DNA of 64,000 bases. Origin: Utricularia gibba. Taxonomy: Eukaryota; Plantae; Magnoliophyta. The position numbers and the translations under genes were made by a program. Below, in pieces: positions 13,200-26,299 of this stretch. The number at the start of each line of letters is the position of its first letter. Position 1 is the first letter of the stretch. The notes under the pieces were generated by a model. That model did not search any database. It worked only from the letters and a program-made list of their open reading frames with translations, and was not told the DNA's origin. The stretch spans positions 310,001 to 374,000 of the forward strand of contig NEEC01000021.1 in assembly GCA_002189035.1 (NCBI GenBank), given 5' to 3'.

Positions 13200-14030
13200 A
13201 AAAAAAATGACACTGAATAACTACAATGATCATTTATTTATTCCAATCAAACCTTCAGTTGTGTCATGTTCTATTGCACTTATCACAAAGCATCTTCTTG
13301 AGTCTTATTTATCAAATAATTTGTGGCTTATCTCAACCTAGCGGGGGGGTAAGATTTCGTTTGATGGCCAATGCTGCTTCAATGATGTCAATTCTACTCG
13401 TGGTAATCAATTCTCTTCCATTTTGAGCAGCAATTAATAGGCCTTACACAAAGTAGGTGATGGTTCTATCATAAGTATCTTAAGGGCATGAAGTGCCCAT
13501 GTTGTAATTATATCTTGCATTAGAACATTGCTTTCAACATAAATAGCCCAAGCATGGACTAAAAAGAAAATCCATGATATCAAACAAATCATTTGCTTGA
13601 GAGAAATATTCAAATAATGATTTCTCTTGTAAGAAATTAGACATTTTACTTTTCAAGTCATAAATCAACGAAAGGTTGGTTTGGTTGTAGTATTTTTCAA
13701 GAAATTCATAAATCATATGACCACTAGACACATTGTAAGATCAAAACCTAAGAAGAGCATTAGTATAGTACTATTTCTCAAGATCATCCATCTTTTTCAG
13801 TTTTATGGGCCTATTTATTTGCCCAATTTTATTCTTTGTAGTAAGTGCAACATAACATCATGCTTTCAATCAATAAAGTTTATGATTGTAAATGGTTTTC
13901 AAGCCAAAGAAATGTTGGGGCTGTCCGAACTCGAAATTTATAGTGGTTCCACATTCTATGAACTTGATACTTTTTCACTCTGCAAATTTGAGCATGACTA
14001 ACAATCTTTGGACCTTTGTGTGGATAATTA
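13200..14030 (-). mobile_element. Decayed Copia gag, copy 2
   Basis: ORF 13534-13731 (SGHMIYEFLEKYYNQTNLSLIYDLKSKMSNFLQEKSLFEYFSQ) resembles gag (..W.DL..R.SQ.N.P.I..LK..IS...Q...S..EYF). Confidence 0.6.
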
Positions 14031-15224
14031 ATTTCTTAGCCTTCCACTAATTTTCACAGGGTAAATGAAAGTCCTCAATTATCCTCTACATTACCATGGC
14101 TCCATGTCTCTCACTTAAACTCCCTACAAAATGAAGTGTTGCGAAATTAGCCTTTTAAAATCTTTTCCATAGTTCAAGACTCCACCCTTCATAAGGACTC
14201 ATTGCATCATGTAAAGAAAGAGAAAAGACATAAGAATTGGAAAAGTTCTCATTTTTTAGAGAAAGTGTGGGTAAAAGATGAATTGCTTATCCTATGAGGG
14301 TGTGGTTGGGTTCCCCATAAAAGAACAGGATGCCCTCGCCAGGCGCATTCACTGCTCTCTGAGTGAGCAGTCTCTCCGTTCATGTATTAGGGATGCTGAT
14401 TAGTGTTGCTTCCAGGGGGCCTCAGTACTCATAGCAGCGCTTCCAGAGCCTCATTTTCTGTCCCCATGATGGGTGTTTTTTATTAGAATCTGATGCGAAG
14501 ACTTTACTCTGCCTAAGTAAGCCAGCAATTGATGAGGAACTATACTTGGAAGGGAATGCAAATCAATCAACGCTGGAGATGAGAGTCTTATTCAAGAACT
14601 GATTCTGACAGGATGCAAGAAAACAACAAAAGAAGGAAAGCCCCACAAATTCTGCAAGCAAATCAGCCCCCTTCCGTGTCCTTAGTCAATGGCTGAAGCT
14701 ACCCCTCTACTCTATAAATTAGGAACAATAGAACAAACAATGTAATTCTTTTTGTGGAATAAAATAAAACCTTTCTTGTGTTCATCCGAGAAACCCCAGA
14801 AATCCTCTTCAGGCTTCGAGATCGGAGGCTACACGAATCCTTTCATTTTTAAAATGACAGCGGGTATTTTTAAAAAAAACATTGTGATGCATGCTCTGCC
14901 CCCTTCTTTCTTTCAATCCCTGCGGTTGTAGGGTTTGGAGTTATCCTCAAAATTCATGAATTCATCACTTAGATTAGTAATAACTATTAGAATAATCAAT
15001 CTCACATTAATATTCAAATTAAAATAATCAAGTATATAATAAATTATAGTTTGTTAATAATTAATTAGGTCTAATTTTTTTTAATATGATCCATGTTTAT
15101 TATGTATTTGATCTTGTATTTTAAACATGTCATCCACATTTACGTACATATAGTGAATGCAGATGTACTGCTCGTTGCCTAAAATAATAAGATGTTTTAT
15201 TATTGTAATACTGTGATTAAAAAG

Positions 15225-15296
15225 ACGTGGGTAACCTGCACCCTTTTCTTTCTTTTTTTTTTTTATGTGGTGAATGGAAAGGAACAAGTCCACGTG
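15225..15296 (+). promoter_or_regulatory. ABRE (ACGTGG, 15225) and G-box (CACGTG, 15291) upstream of the WSD1-like gene
   Basis: Motifs lie 43-114 bp upstream of ATG 15339. Short motifs, function not shown. Confidence 0.35.
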
Positions 15297-15338
15297 CACA
15301 GCGCTGGTCACCTACTGTCTGTACACAAATAAGCGCCC

Positions 15339-17243
15339 ATGTGGATTGTCGTGGTGCTCTTGTTTCTTTCTCCTCAGTCCTCAGTCCTCAGTCCTTCCCC
15401 GTCATCAATGCCGGAGACAGACGATCCCATGACGCCCGCCGGCCGCCTATTCCTCCAGGACGCGATGAACCAGGTCATAAACGCCGTCATCGTCACCGAG
15501 CACCCGCTTCCCTCTGTCGACATGATCAAGGCCGAGATAGGCAGCTCCATCATGATGAAGCATCCCCGGTTCCGGAGCCTCATGGTGAGAGATTCCGGCG
15601 GCAGGGAGCACTGGCGGAGCACCGAAGTCGACGTCGACCGCCACCTCGTTATCTTCCACAGCCGCCTCTCCGAAGGAAGCGACGAAGACGCCGTCAATGG
15701 GTATTTGGCTGACCTTTCGTATTCCTCGCCGCTGGCCATGGACAAGCCTTTGTGGGAAATCCATGTTCTCGTCGCGCATAGAGCGGTTATTTTCCGGCTG
15801 CACCATGCGCTTGGGGACGGCGTTTCTTTGATGTCCATGCTTTTATCTTGCTGCCGGAAAGTTCAGGATCCCACGCAGCCACCGTCTCTTCCCGGTGGCG
15901 GCGGCGGCACGCCACGGAAGCGGGGAGTGCGGAGATTGTTGAGTGTCGTGTTGTTTACCTTGGTTCATGTTTTTCAATTGCTTTTGACGTTTTGGCGGCG
16001 GGACAAGACCACCGTTTTTTCCGGAGGCGCCGGAGTGGAGCACTGGCCACGGTTGCTTGCCACCGCCAGGTTCCGGCTGGATGATATGAAGAGAGTCGGG
16101 AAAGCCCTCCCAGGCGCCGTACGCTATACTTTTATTTATTTAAATTTCAAAAGGGCATTTGTGTCCTTTAACTGCATTAAATAAAAATTAATATAGTATC
16201 ATTTATTTTCATTATGAGGTTCCAGACCATAAACGATGTTCTGTTCGGGGTGATATCCAGAGGCTTTTCAAGGTACTTGGACATACGATCCATGAACGGT
16301 AAGAGCCCTTACAATGTATCACCCTAAAGCCAGCTTGTCTTTGTCCTGGAAGCTTGCTGTCTCACTGCAGGCGTGGCTGACGGGACACAGATTACCGGCG
16401 TGGCGATGATGAATCTCCGGCAGCAGCCGGAGTTTAAGGAACTGGCGAGGCAGATCGAGAATGGGGAGGTGGGAGTTCAGTGGGGCAACAAATTCGGCAT
16501 GATTCTGCTCCCTGTCTTTTACGAAAAGCAGGAATGTCATCCTCTGGACTCCGTGAAGAAGGCCAAGGAGATGATCGACCGGAAGAAGCTCTCTCTGGAG
16601 GGCCTCGTCTCCCATAAGCTCCTCCACTGGATCACAGCTCTGTTCGGGCCAAAGGTCTTGCTGCTATTCCCCTTTCGTCTCTTTCCATTGTCTTATGGGC
16701 AACTAAGACACAAATGAATTGGGTTGATTGATCCGTTTCGTGTGTTCCTATTTAGGTATTAGCTGACTCACTCAATCTCGTACTTCAAAATGCAGCTCGC
16801 CAGCGTTTTGAATTATTGGCTCGTCTGCAACACGACGTTTACGATATCGAATATAGTCGGGCCTAAGGAGAAGATCTCCATTTGTGGCAACCCTCTGAAA
16901 TACATGAGGGTTACATCTAGTGCCTTGCCTCATGTTCGGTTTTAAGTTGCTTTTGTTGCTGTTACTCTTATTCAGGATCAGAGTTCAACAAGTCTTTCTT
17001 TCAGTGATCGTGGTGGCTTTTCAACCACTCAGCTTTGATGAAAGTTTCGAATGTCTTTCTGCGCAGGCGATCACAATGCATATGTTGAGCTACGCAGGCT
17101 ACGCGGACATGCAGATCCTGGTGGCGAAGGAGGTCATCCCTGACCCCAAGCTTCTGGCTCTGTGCTTCCAGAACGCGTTGCTTGAAATGAAGGAAGCTGC
17201 GGAGCCATCTGTGTTTACCTCCTTTCGGCATTGTTCTGCGTGA
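15339..17243 (+). CDS. WSD1: Wax ester synthase/diacylglycerol acyltransferase (WSD1-like), 5 exons, 483 aa (460 aa from ATG 15408)
   Basis: Exons 15339-16118, 16226-16298, 16371-16654, 16796-16933, 17067-17243. All GT-AG, 1452 nt, open frame. Motifs PMTPAGRLF, KPLWEIH, catalytic HHALGDG, TINDVLFG, TISNIVGP, MHMLSYAG. Confidence 0.93.
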
Positions 17244-17426
17244 TCCAGGGGGACACAACAAGTTCTTGACATCAAGGATCTTTATGCAGGTGCCATTGAG
17301 GGCATGCTCCTTTCTCCACATAAGGCGGCTACAGAGACTTCGGATTTGGAATCAGAATCCTAGACTTTGAGATTTTCGTTCCTGCAATAAATTTGTGTGT
17401 AGAAAACTACAACTGGCCTTAGACTC

Positions 17427-17436
17427 TCTATAAAAG
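17427..17436 (+). promoter_or_regulatory. TATA box of the UGT gene
   Basis: CTATAAAAG about 65 bp upstream of ATG 17494. Confidence 0.5.
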
Positions 17437-17493
17437 CAAGCGCGTCACTTGTTAGACAAAAAAAAGAAAGAAAACAGCGTAATTCTTGCAAGG

Positions 17494-18895
17494 ATGAAGA
17501 AGGTTCATGTTGTTCTTTTCCCCATGTTAGCTCATGGCCACATGATCCCCTGCGTAGACATGGCCACACTATTCACTTCCAGGGGATGCAAAGCCACCCT
17601 TGTCACTACACGAGCGTATTCCGATCCTATAAAGAAAGCCCAGGAATCGGGTCATGATATCGACCTACGAATCATCAAGTTCCCGCCAGAGGGATCGTCG
17701 TTGCCGGAGAACATCACCGGCATCGATCAAGTATCAAAGGATATGCTTATGGTGTTCATGGACGCCATGGAGTTGCTGCACCATGAGTTTGAACTTATTT
17801 TGCATGAACTGAGACCTGATTGTGTCGTTTCAGACATGTTCTTGCACTGGACAGTGGACGCAGCAGCCAAATTCGGGATCCCTAGACTAGTTTTCCATGG
17901 ATTCGGCTACATAGGACTCTGCTGTGAACATGCTATGTCTGATCACAGGCCTTTCGACAAAGTTTCCTCTGATGAAGAGCGCTTTCTATTGCCTCATCTC
18001 CCCATGACTTGTACTTCTTCAAAGGACAAGTGTCTCCGTTCAAGCTACAGGGCAACGGCCCATTATCAGAGTGGGAGAAGAAGATGGAGGAATCAGGAAA
18101 ACGAAGCTATGGGGTTTTAGTGAACACCTTCCATGAGCTGGAATCAGCGTACGCAAGGTATTACAGAGAGGTTCTAAAGAAAAAGGCATGGGATATAGGG
18201 CCTCTTCTTCTCTGCAACAAACAAGAGAAAACTGTAAGAGGAAAAGCATCTGCAATCAGCGAAGAGGAGTGCTTAAAATGGCTGGATTCCAAGCCATCAA
18301 ACTCTGTCATCTACATCTGTTTCGGTAGTGTAGCAAGCTTTTCAGTAGCCCAGCTTAGCGAAATGGCCAAGGGAATCGAAGATTCTGGCCAAAATTTCAT
18401 CTGGGTGTTGAGGAAAACAAAGGATCAGATCGACGAAAGGTGGCTACCTCAGGGTTTTGAAGAAAGAACAGCGGAAAGGGGGCTGATCATCAGAGGCTGG
18501 GCTCCGCAGGTTTTGATCCTGAACCACCCTTCGATCGGAGCTTTCATGACTCACTGCGGATGGAATTCGACGCTGGAAGGAACCTGCGCCGGAGTTCCGC
18601 TGGTGACGTGGCCTGTTTTCGCGGAGCAATTCTACAACGAGAAGCTGATTGTTGATGTCCTCAAGACTGGAGTTTCAGTGGGGAACAAAAAGTGGATCTG
18701 GGGGAGAGTGAAGGCGTGAATGCGGCCGCCGTCTCATCGGCTTTGCGGAAAGTCCTGGACGGTAGTTCTGGTGCGGCGGAGATGAGACGGCGAGCGAAAT
18801 TTTACCAGAAGGCAGCGGCGGCTGCCGTAGAAGAAGGCGGATCTTCTTACAACAAGTTGACTGAGTTCATCGCGGAAATCAGAGACTACAAGTGA
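17494..18895 (+). CDS. UGT73: UGT73-family UDP-glycosyltransferase, intronless, two apparent -1 frameshifts (467 aa if corrected)
   Basis: N-terminus HVVLFPMLAHGHMIP and complete PSPG box WAPQVLILNHPSIGAFMTHCGWNSTLEGTCAGVPLVTWPVFAEQ. Adding one C to run 18000-18003 and one G to run 18700-18704 joins the three ORF pieces with no internal stop. Confidence 0.9.
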
Positions 18896-20398
18896 CGCTG
18901 CGAATTCCCACACAGCTGTTATATTTCCAGAATAAAATTTGAATTACACCAATTTCATAATAATTTTTTATTCACTTTTTAATAAAATAGGATACATGTA
19001 CCTTGAATCCATATGAGATTTTTATAAAATGTCAAATTATGGGTACTTGGCATCATTGATCCTCATTATTTAAAAAAATTACGAAATTACTTTCCAAAGT
19101 TTACTTTTTATTTCTACTATTTAAAACTTTTGATGTAATTAGTCTCAACTAGTTGACATTATCAAAATTAGTTTCCAAAAAATATGTATATGTAAGTTAT
19201 TTTACTTCATTCATTCAAATTTTTCTCAAGAAAATATTTATGTTATTTATATGTAGACTACATTCAATCACATTTGTCAACTTTTAGAGGCATCTATTTG
19301 ATAGCATCTAGTAACATCTAGTGACGTTGAAGATTTTGCACCACACTATGTAACTACACTCTAATATACTTTAGATCATCAACTTACACTCAGTACAATT
19401 GAAACCTTCTTGTATATGTATTGGTAGCATCTAATATACTTGAAAATGAATAATATTTGAGATTGTATTCGTAAGTGTAAAAAACTCCACAAATATAGTT
19501 TATTAATTATATGTAGATCTAAATATTAATTTATTGAAGTTGAATAACGAAAATAAAGGTGATTTCATGCATATTTAAGCATTTTTAAATAAAGATTTTA
19601 TGATCAAAGAAAAAAAGTGAATCTTGCTTTTTAAATTTCTTGAATTTATCTAGATGTTTATCTTTACTCTTTTTTGTCTCATTTTTCTATTGTCTTTACT
19701 GAACACTTTCAACTTGTGAAGATTTGTATTGTTGGGAAACATACTGTTGTGTTCAAAGAAAGTAATTAAAATAGTCTCAATTTGGATTAAAAACATATAA
19801 ATACACTATTAATCCTAAAAATACAGAAATAATTAATAAATTTCAGTTTTATAACATAATGTTGCTTATTTTGTCGTCTTAATACATTGAAAAACATGTG
19901 TTATGAAGGTGTGAAGAAAGGTGCCAGATTTTTATCACATATATCTTAAAATTGTGAAACTTCCGACTTGCCATGCTACCAATTTTATCTCATTAGTCTT
20001 CACAAAATGGAGAGACAATGGATATCAATGCCAAATGAACGGTGTGCTTTATCAACTCAAAATTTTTCAACATATTTATTCATGTCATGAAAAGGTAGTA
20101 TTCACGTAAGTTTATGAGTGGAGTTATTTGTGCAATTGATGCATTTTACTACATGAGTATATAATTGCTAATTGCATATGTCATGTTGTAGAAATTCTAT
20201 ATAAATATTCATGTAACCTCCTCGGTTTTAATCCTTAAGTCATAGACATCAATGCACGGGATGCAATGGATGCATTAGGATGACCTGTGGGCTATGATGG
20301 ATACATCAAGTGAAAACACAGTCATATCCCCTATGTGGCCTTGCTAAATGGATGCATCTTATCAACTTCTATGAATGAGAAATCATAGATAAGACCAC

Positions 20399-22320
20399 TG
20401 TTGTGTGTCGTTTCTTTAACAAATTTTAATTATGAAAAACATAAAACACAAAAAATGTAATATGAATATCTATCTCAAGGAGTTGAACTTTGCGAAAAGT
20501 GTTTTGTAAAAGACCTTTACAAATTATCATAGATTTATAAAAAGTGGATTTTGAATTGTAGAAATAAAAAGTATAACGCAAATAATGGATCTTGATTAAG
20601 GGTTGCAATTTCTGGAAAATAGATCTCATTTCTTCTTTCCCTAACCTTACCTCGACTTTCATTGATTCTTTCTGAATATTTCGTTATAAGAGCAAGAAAT
20701 AGTCTACTCTCTCATACACTCTGATTGACAAGGAGGTACGAGAATAGTCTCATGTGATTCTCCCTTATACGATTGAAAAGACAAGAGGATTGTCGTCGAT
20801 TGCTTTCAAAACCGAATTTTGCGTGTTTGTCCAACTATTGCCAATGACCAGTGACGAGTATGAGGTCACTACTTCTTTTGAACTGGTAGGGTTGGAGATG
20901 GTGCTCTTCATCAAAATTTGCAAGAAGTGGCCGTCTACTCATGAATTGTGATTAGGAGTCGTTATAGAAAGACTACAACAAGATGTGTGGAAGTGTGCAA
21001 AATCCAAAAAAAATTCAGTGAAGAATCATGTTTAATGCTCAAGACTAGAAAAGAAACTTAATCTAGTCCCAAAAAATAAAAGGCTTTAACGACAAAGGAC
21101 CATGAAAACAGAAAACGAAAAGTCAAGATGAAGTGTTCTTCCTCCTTTGGAGGAGATGAAGAAGTAAAAGTTCTAAGTGCAAAAGTAAGTGTCAAAAGGT
21201 TCGAAAATAAGTGTTCCAAGTCGATTTTATCTCACTCTCCATGTGCATTGACTCTTTTCGATCCTTTTTCCATTATTCTTTCTATCTTGTGTGTGCCACC
21301 TGCTTTCCCGTACGTGCAAGTAAGCGCTCAATCATTGTTGTAGACTCTGACATGTCGTAAATTAGAGTCCTTGATTAATGTCAATCTTCCACCCATAATT
21401 ATTCCAAATCATGTGCAAGGCATAAAAAATCAAAGTTTGATCTCCTACAAGCATCCTACAACACTTTACAATTAACTTCTGACATATTTCAGTCAAAGTG
21501 TATAAAAAAGAAAAAGAAAATATATAGAAAATAGAAAAATAAGATTTTTTTAAGAAAATAGAAAATATTTATCAATATAAAACTTAAATTGGGCGACTTG
21601 ACACTAGATTAATACATAATAATAACTCGAAAATAATATTTAACATATTCCCCCATACATAAATCATGTTTGTCCTCAAGTATAAAAATCATAGCAATCC
21701 ACAAAGAAGGGTATAACCTAAGTCATAATGTATTACTAAGATACATTTATCCTACATTAGGTATTTACTTCAATTCTTTTTCTATTTTTCAATCAAATTA
21801 AAGCAAGCTACTCGAATTTGCATGCATGTGAAAGTTAATACATTTAGATTTTGTCACAATTAAGAGATTTAGTCTAAATTAAGATTAAATGGGTAAAAGC
21901 AGATGTTTATGTAAAATAAAAGAAGTTAATACTTTGGGATACTTAGGGGTAACATGCTAATATCTACAACTATCTCATCCAAACCTAAAATTATTCATTT
22001 AACAAGCAAAGTCTCAAGTCTATCTAAACTCTCATTTTTCCCTAATTTTTTTGTCTACCTCTAATTATGATTGTTTATGATGAAAATCACTACCTTCCCC
22101 TTCTGTATGTATTCTAGTTTGTTAAGGAAGTAGAGTAATTCAATGATAGTGTGGTTTAGTGAACAATAAACCTGCTCATACTAAGGAAAAAGAAAACGAT
22201 TTCATAACATTTCATAAATATCATCTTGGTTCTAAAGTTCAATAACACAAAATGTATAATAGAAACATAAACAATAGATAGTTCTCACAAAAAAACTAAA
22301 ACAACTTCTAGCTAAGAATA
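20399..22320 (-). mobile_element. 3' LTR (family A, 20399-21645) with PPT and 3' internal remnant of a Gypsy element
   Basis: Collinear with 949-2167. Termini TGTTG..TAACA. On the minus strand CTTGAGGACAAACATG..TATGGGGGAATA immediately precedes TGTTA (PPT). Flanks ACCAC/TATTC do not match, consistent with an attached internal region. Extent of that region is approximate. Confidence 0.75.
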
Positions 22321-22347
22321 GTATCTATTGTGGGTAAAATCGATGTC

Positions 22348-22852
22348 CGATGAGGGGCCGATTTTAGGGTGATAAGTGCAATCGGGAATATCACACTTAA
22401 TTATGTTTTTCACAATTGGTTCGGTTGAAATAAGAGTAAGCGAAGATTTTTACGTGAAAACCACCGGAAGATAGAAAAACCACGGAGTTATCGGAGCTCG
22501 CCTGAAAAGATTTCCACTAGACGAAGGTGACTAGGAAGAGGATACAAGTTGAAGAGTTCTCAGAGTCCAACCTTCTCTTCGTAATGATTTTTTCTATTTA
22601 TAGGAGAGCTCGACCTGGCCGAATTTTGGCGTTTGCAAATGTCGATTGCTTTATGCTCTTGCTATGCGATCTCACTTTTCAGATATTGGTCGCCTATCAT
22701 GCCGTAATTCGGCCGCTTTTCAAACTGTGCTATGCGGCCGTATTTGTACGATTTCTGATAGATATCGGTCTGTCGACTAACATTATCCTCTCAAAGTTTC
22801 TTTTGGTAGCCTTTTAGAAGTCGATTACACCTGATCGATTTATCCCCCATCA
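22348..22852 (-). mobile_element. 505-bp solo LTR with perfect 5-bp TSD
   Basis: ATGTC on both sides (22343-22347, 22853-22857). Termini CGATGAGGGG / CCCCCATCA (one end mutated from TG). Minus-strand CTATAAATA near 22595. Confidence 0.8.
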
Positions 22853-23776
22853 ATGTCCTTTATAAGTAGGAGAAAATTTTTAAAAGATGGTTTGGATCAT
22901 GGTGTCGTCTTCTTCATTTTCCATGGTTCTGCTACTCTTACCAAATCTTCCTCCTAAAATTATTTTTCACGTTTTTCAATGGAGAGATATTTTCTGTTTT
23001 CTCATTATTTTCAAAATCATTTTATTCTTTTCCTTGTAATTTGATTGTACTTTTTTTAGTTTTTTGTCCATATTCTCTATAATTTCATTGTGCTCTTTTC
23101 AATTTCTAGGGAATTGAATTGGTCGACAATTGTTGCATTGGTTCAACAAACAATTACAATTGAGGTTGGGACTAAATTTATATTTCGTCCCAATTAAAAA
23201 TAAAATACATGATTGCAGTACTAGTCGCAAAATATTAGACATTTTACTACTTCTAAATATTTAAAGTAAATAATTTATATATTTGCAATATATATTTAAA
23301 AGTTTCAGTTTCATATAAAATAAATTTATTTTTTCTGAATGAATAAGATAAATATTTATATTACTTATAAAATATAAATATATAATTTTTAAAATGAGAA
23401 TTAATACATGCTGTAGATAAATTAGTTAATTTATATATTTTTTGAATTGAGTTTTTTTTAATAATATAGATATGTGAGTTAGGTATATCACAAATAATTT
23501 TGTACATTTTCCCAGTGAAATGAATGTGACATTAAGTAGATTTTAGCTAATGTGACATTAATAATGTGAAAAGAAGAGTAGGGAAACATTGATTCCGACT
23601 GCGCCATAGGAAGTGAACGCCACGCGGCTTAAATGCTCCCATGTGCCAGAAAAATAAAATTAAAATTATTTTCTTGAGGAAAAGCGGGGAACAGAAGTGA
23701 GATGATGCTCTTTAATGATCAAACTCCCTGGTAGTCGGCATCGACTGCGATTGCTGTTGATTCTGTCGCATTTGGA

Positions 23777-24651
23777 ATGAAGTCCGCCGCGAAGTTCATC
23801 GTCATTCACCCGCCGGTCCAGAAATCTGGCCCCACCATTGCCGCCTACCACCGCGCGGTGCTGACGGTTATCATCTTCTTCTTCGGCCTGACTTTCTGTT
23901 TAAGTCTCTATACTTCCGGGAACAGACCTGCGACGTCCGCCGTGTGTGATGATTCGCCGCTTCCTGGATCTGTTGCCCATGCCCTTTTACACTATGCTTC
24001 GGAGAATTTTACTGCTGTCAGTAACCGTATGTCCGCTTCGGAAGTGAGGTACATTGCCGATGTGCTCCGGCGGTTCCCGTCGCCGTGCAATCTACTGGTT
24101 TTTGGGCTAACCCACGAAATGTTCCTCTGGAGTTCCCTCAACTTTGGGGGCCGTACCGTGTTCGTCGACGAGAGCGCGTATTTGGTGTCCATACTGGAAG
24201 AGAGGCACCCTTCAATCGAAGCCTACGATGTGCATTACTTCACAAAAGTGAGCCAACTCCAAGATTTGATTCAGCATTACAAGGCGGAGATCGGCGGCGA
24301 GTGTCGGCCGGTGCAGAATCTCCTCTTCTCCGACTGCCAGCTAGCGATCAACGATTTGCCCAATTACATATACGACATGGCGTGGGATGTGATTCTCGTG
24401 GATGGCCCCGTGGTTACGACGACAATTTGCCGGGTCGGATGGCGTCGCTGTTCACCGCAGGCGTACTGGCGAGGAGCAAGCCGGACGGCGCCGGCGCTAC
24501 CCATATCCTAGTTCACGAATTCAACAGAGAGGTGGAGCGCGTGTGCAGCCACGAGTTCCTCTGCCGCGAAAATCTGGTGCAGATCAACGAAACCCTGGCG
24601 CATTTCATCATCGGAGAATCATACGCCGCCGGGAAACTCGGTTTCTGTTAA
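23777..24651 (+). CDS. IRX15L: IRX15-like DUF579 xylan-biosynthesis protein, intronless, one apparent -1 frameshift (291 aa if corrected)
   Basis: N-terminal TM anchor; PCNLLVFGLTHE, NFGGRTVFVDES, INDLPNYIYDMAWDVILVDGP. One extra C at run 24406-24409 restores DGPRGY..PGRMASLFTAGVLARSK..ILVHEFNREVERVCSHEFLCRENLV. Confidence 0.9.
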
Positions 24652-26299
24652 CAGTGACGACTATAATTATTGCTGTTTTCTCCGGTACAGAATCCTTATA
24701 TTAATCAAATAATACACAATCAGACAATTTTTGTCTTTTTAATACTTAAATTACAAACCTGAAAATCTGCTAAACTCCGGTAGGTCAGGCGACTGTGGTG
24801 GCTGTCGGTGGTGGAACAAAGTGACTTTTTAATTTAATATCATTAAAATAACAATAAATCCCACCAAACTCTCAATCCATCAGTCGGCTTTTTTCAATTA
24901 AAAAATATATTAATTTTTAATTTTCTGTAACATTTACATAACTTATTTTTTCGACTGCGACATTCCGATGACTTGCATATAAAAAAAAAGCATTTCAATT
25001 ATAAATCGCACGCTACTGTTACGTAATTTTAAATAATAATGTTCTAATACCAAAAAGTAATAAATATTGTATTAAAGTTGTATAACACAAACTCAGCATG
25101 GTGGTGGGTTGTCGGTCAGCCAACTCATACATTAAAAAATATTCCATTAAAAAAAAAAAGAAATTTGTTGACCCTTTCGCTCATATTTACGCAACTGCCG
25201 GCTCCAGAGCTTTCCTCCGTAAAATGATAATAAGAAACCATTAGGCTACCTTTTAGTAATAATTTAATGAATTAATTCTATTTAATTTTTGAAAATATGA
25301 ACTTTTAATTATTATATAGTAAAAATTAGAATTTAGATTTTGTGATTAATTTTAAAAAATTATTTAATTTTTTGAATCTATATTTTAGTGATTAAATTAG
25401 AAATTAATTATAAAAATTATGTCATTTATTTTTTATCTACTCTAAAAATATATTAAAATTTATAATATACATTTTATTTTATTAAATTTTACAATATAAT
25501 TTTATATTATTACACAAAAACAGTTTTACAATATCAAAGTTGATTTTATTTACATATTCTTAAAACTGATTCTATTATGCATAAGTTCTATTCACCTAAA
25601 CACATTTTATCCTAAAAATCTCATAGTTATGTTCTTTACATGGATTTAGAAAACTATTATACCAAATAACATAAATGCATATCCCTACTCATTCAAATTA
25701 ATCCAAAATGGTCAATCAAACGTGGCCTTGGGTAGTTGTGGTGGGTGGCTTTGGAATTACTAATAATTTCATTTATTTGGGTGTCTCTAAACTGGAATTG
25801 TGGATTTTTTTAAGAAATATGTTTAATATTTAGATTTATTTTATTTCAAGTTTTTTTTGCATATTTAAAAAATCATAAAAATAAAATCATGTGCACGACC
25901 TACGGGTGATGAACCGTGCGATCCATTCTTTCTTAATTTTTTGAACATATTTTAACTGCAAAAATTAGACATAATTAACCGATCCGAGAAAAGAATCAGC
26001 ATTCATTCATCGTGTTATTGTTTATGTGAAGCATTTGTGGGATCTTATATTTAAATTATTATTCAAATTCCTATTTGATGTGCAGCTTATGCTTAGCAAC
26101 TTATTCAAAGGAATACCTGAAATAATCCAATATCTATTTACAAGGGAGTAATAAGACTTTGCAAATAATTACTAATTTCCTATTGATCAGCACACTAGTG
26201 CAGTACTCACAAACACTATAATACTGAAATGCATTATCCTTTTCAAAAATTGAAATTGGGAGCTCAAAGATGATTGGATGCAGTTTTCTTTTCTTTTCT

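Noticed and set aside
14295-14833. LTR-like segment ending GCTACA with a CTATAAAT box
   Set aside because: No TSD, second copy, PBS or PPT found, so it cannot be supported as an element.
15227-16084. Overlapping and antisense ORFs over WSD1 exon 1, and similar ones over the UGT, IRX15L and RLK genes
   Set aside because: Expected shadow ORFs of GC-rich coding sequence, with no recognisable motifs.
18000-18003. Programmed ribosomal frameshifting as an explanation for the broken genes
   Set aside because: No slippery heptamer or obvious stimulatory structure, unrelated gene families, and assembly error is simpler.
25205-25226. AGAGCTTTCCTCC resembling the start of a miR319 star strand
   Set aside because: Match stops after about 10 nt, and no mature miR159/319 sequence or hairpin partner is nearby.
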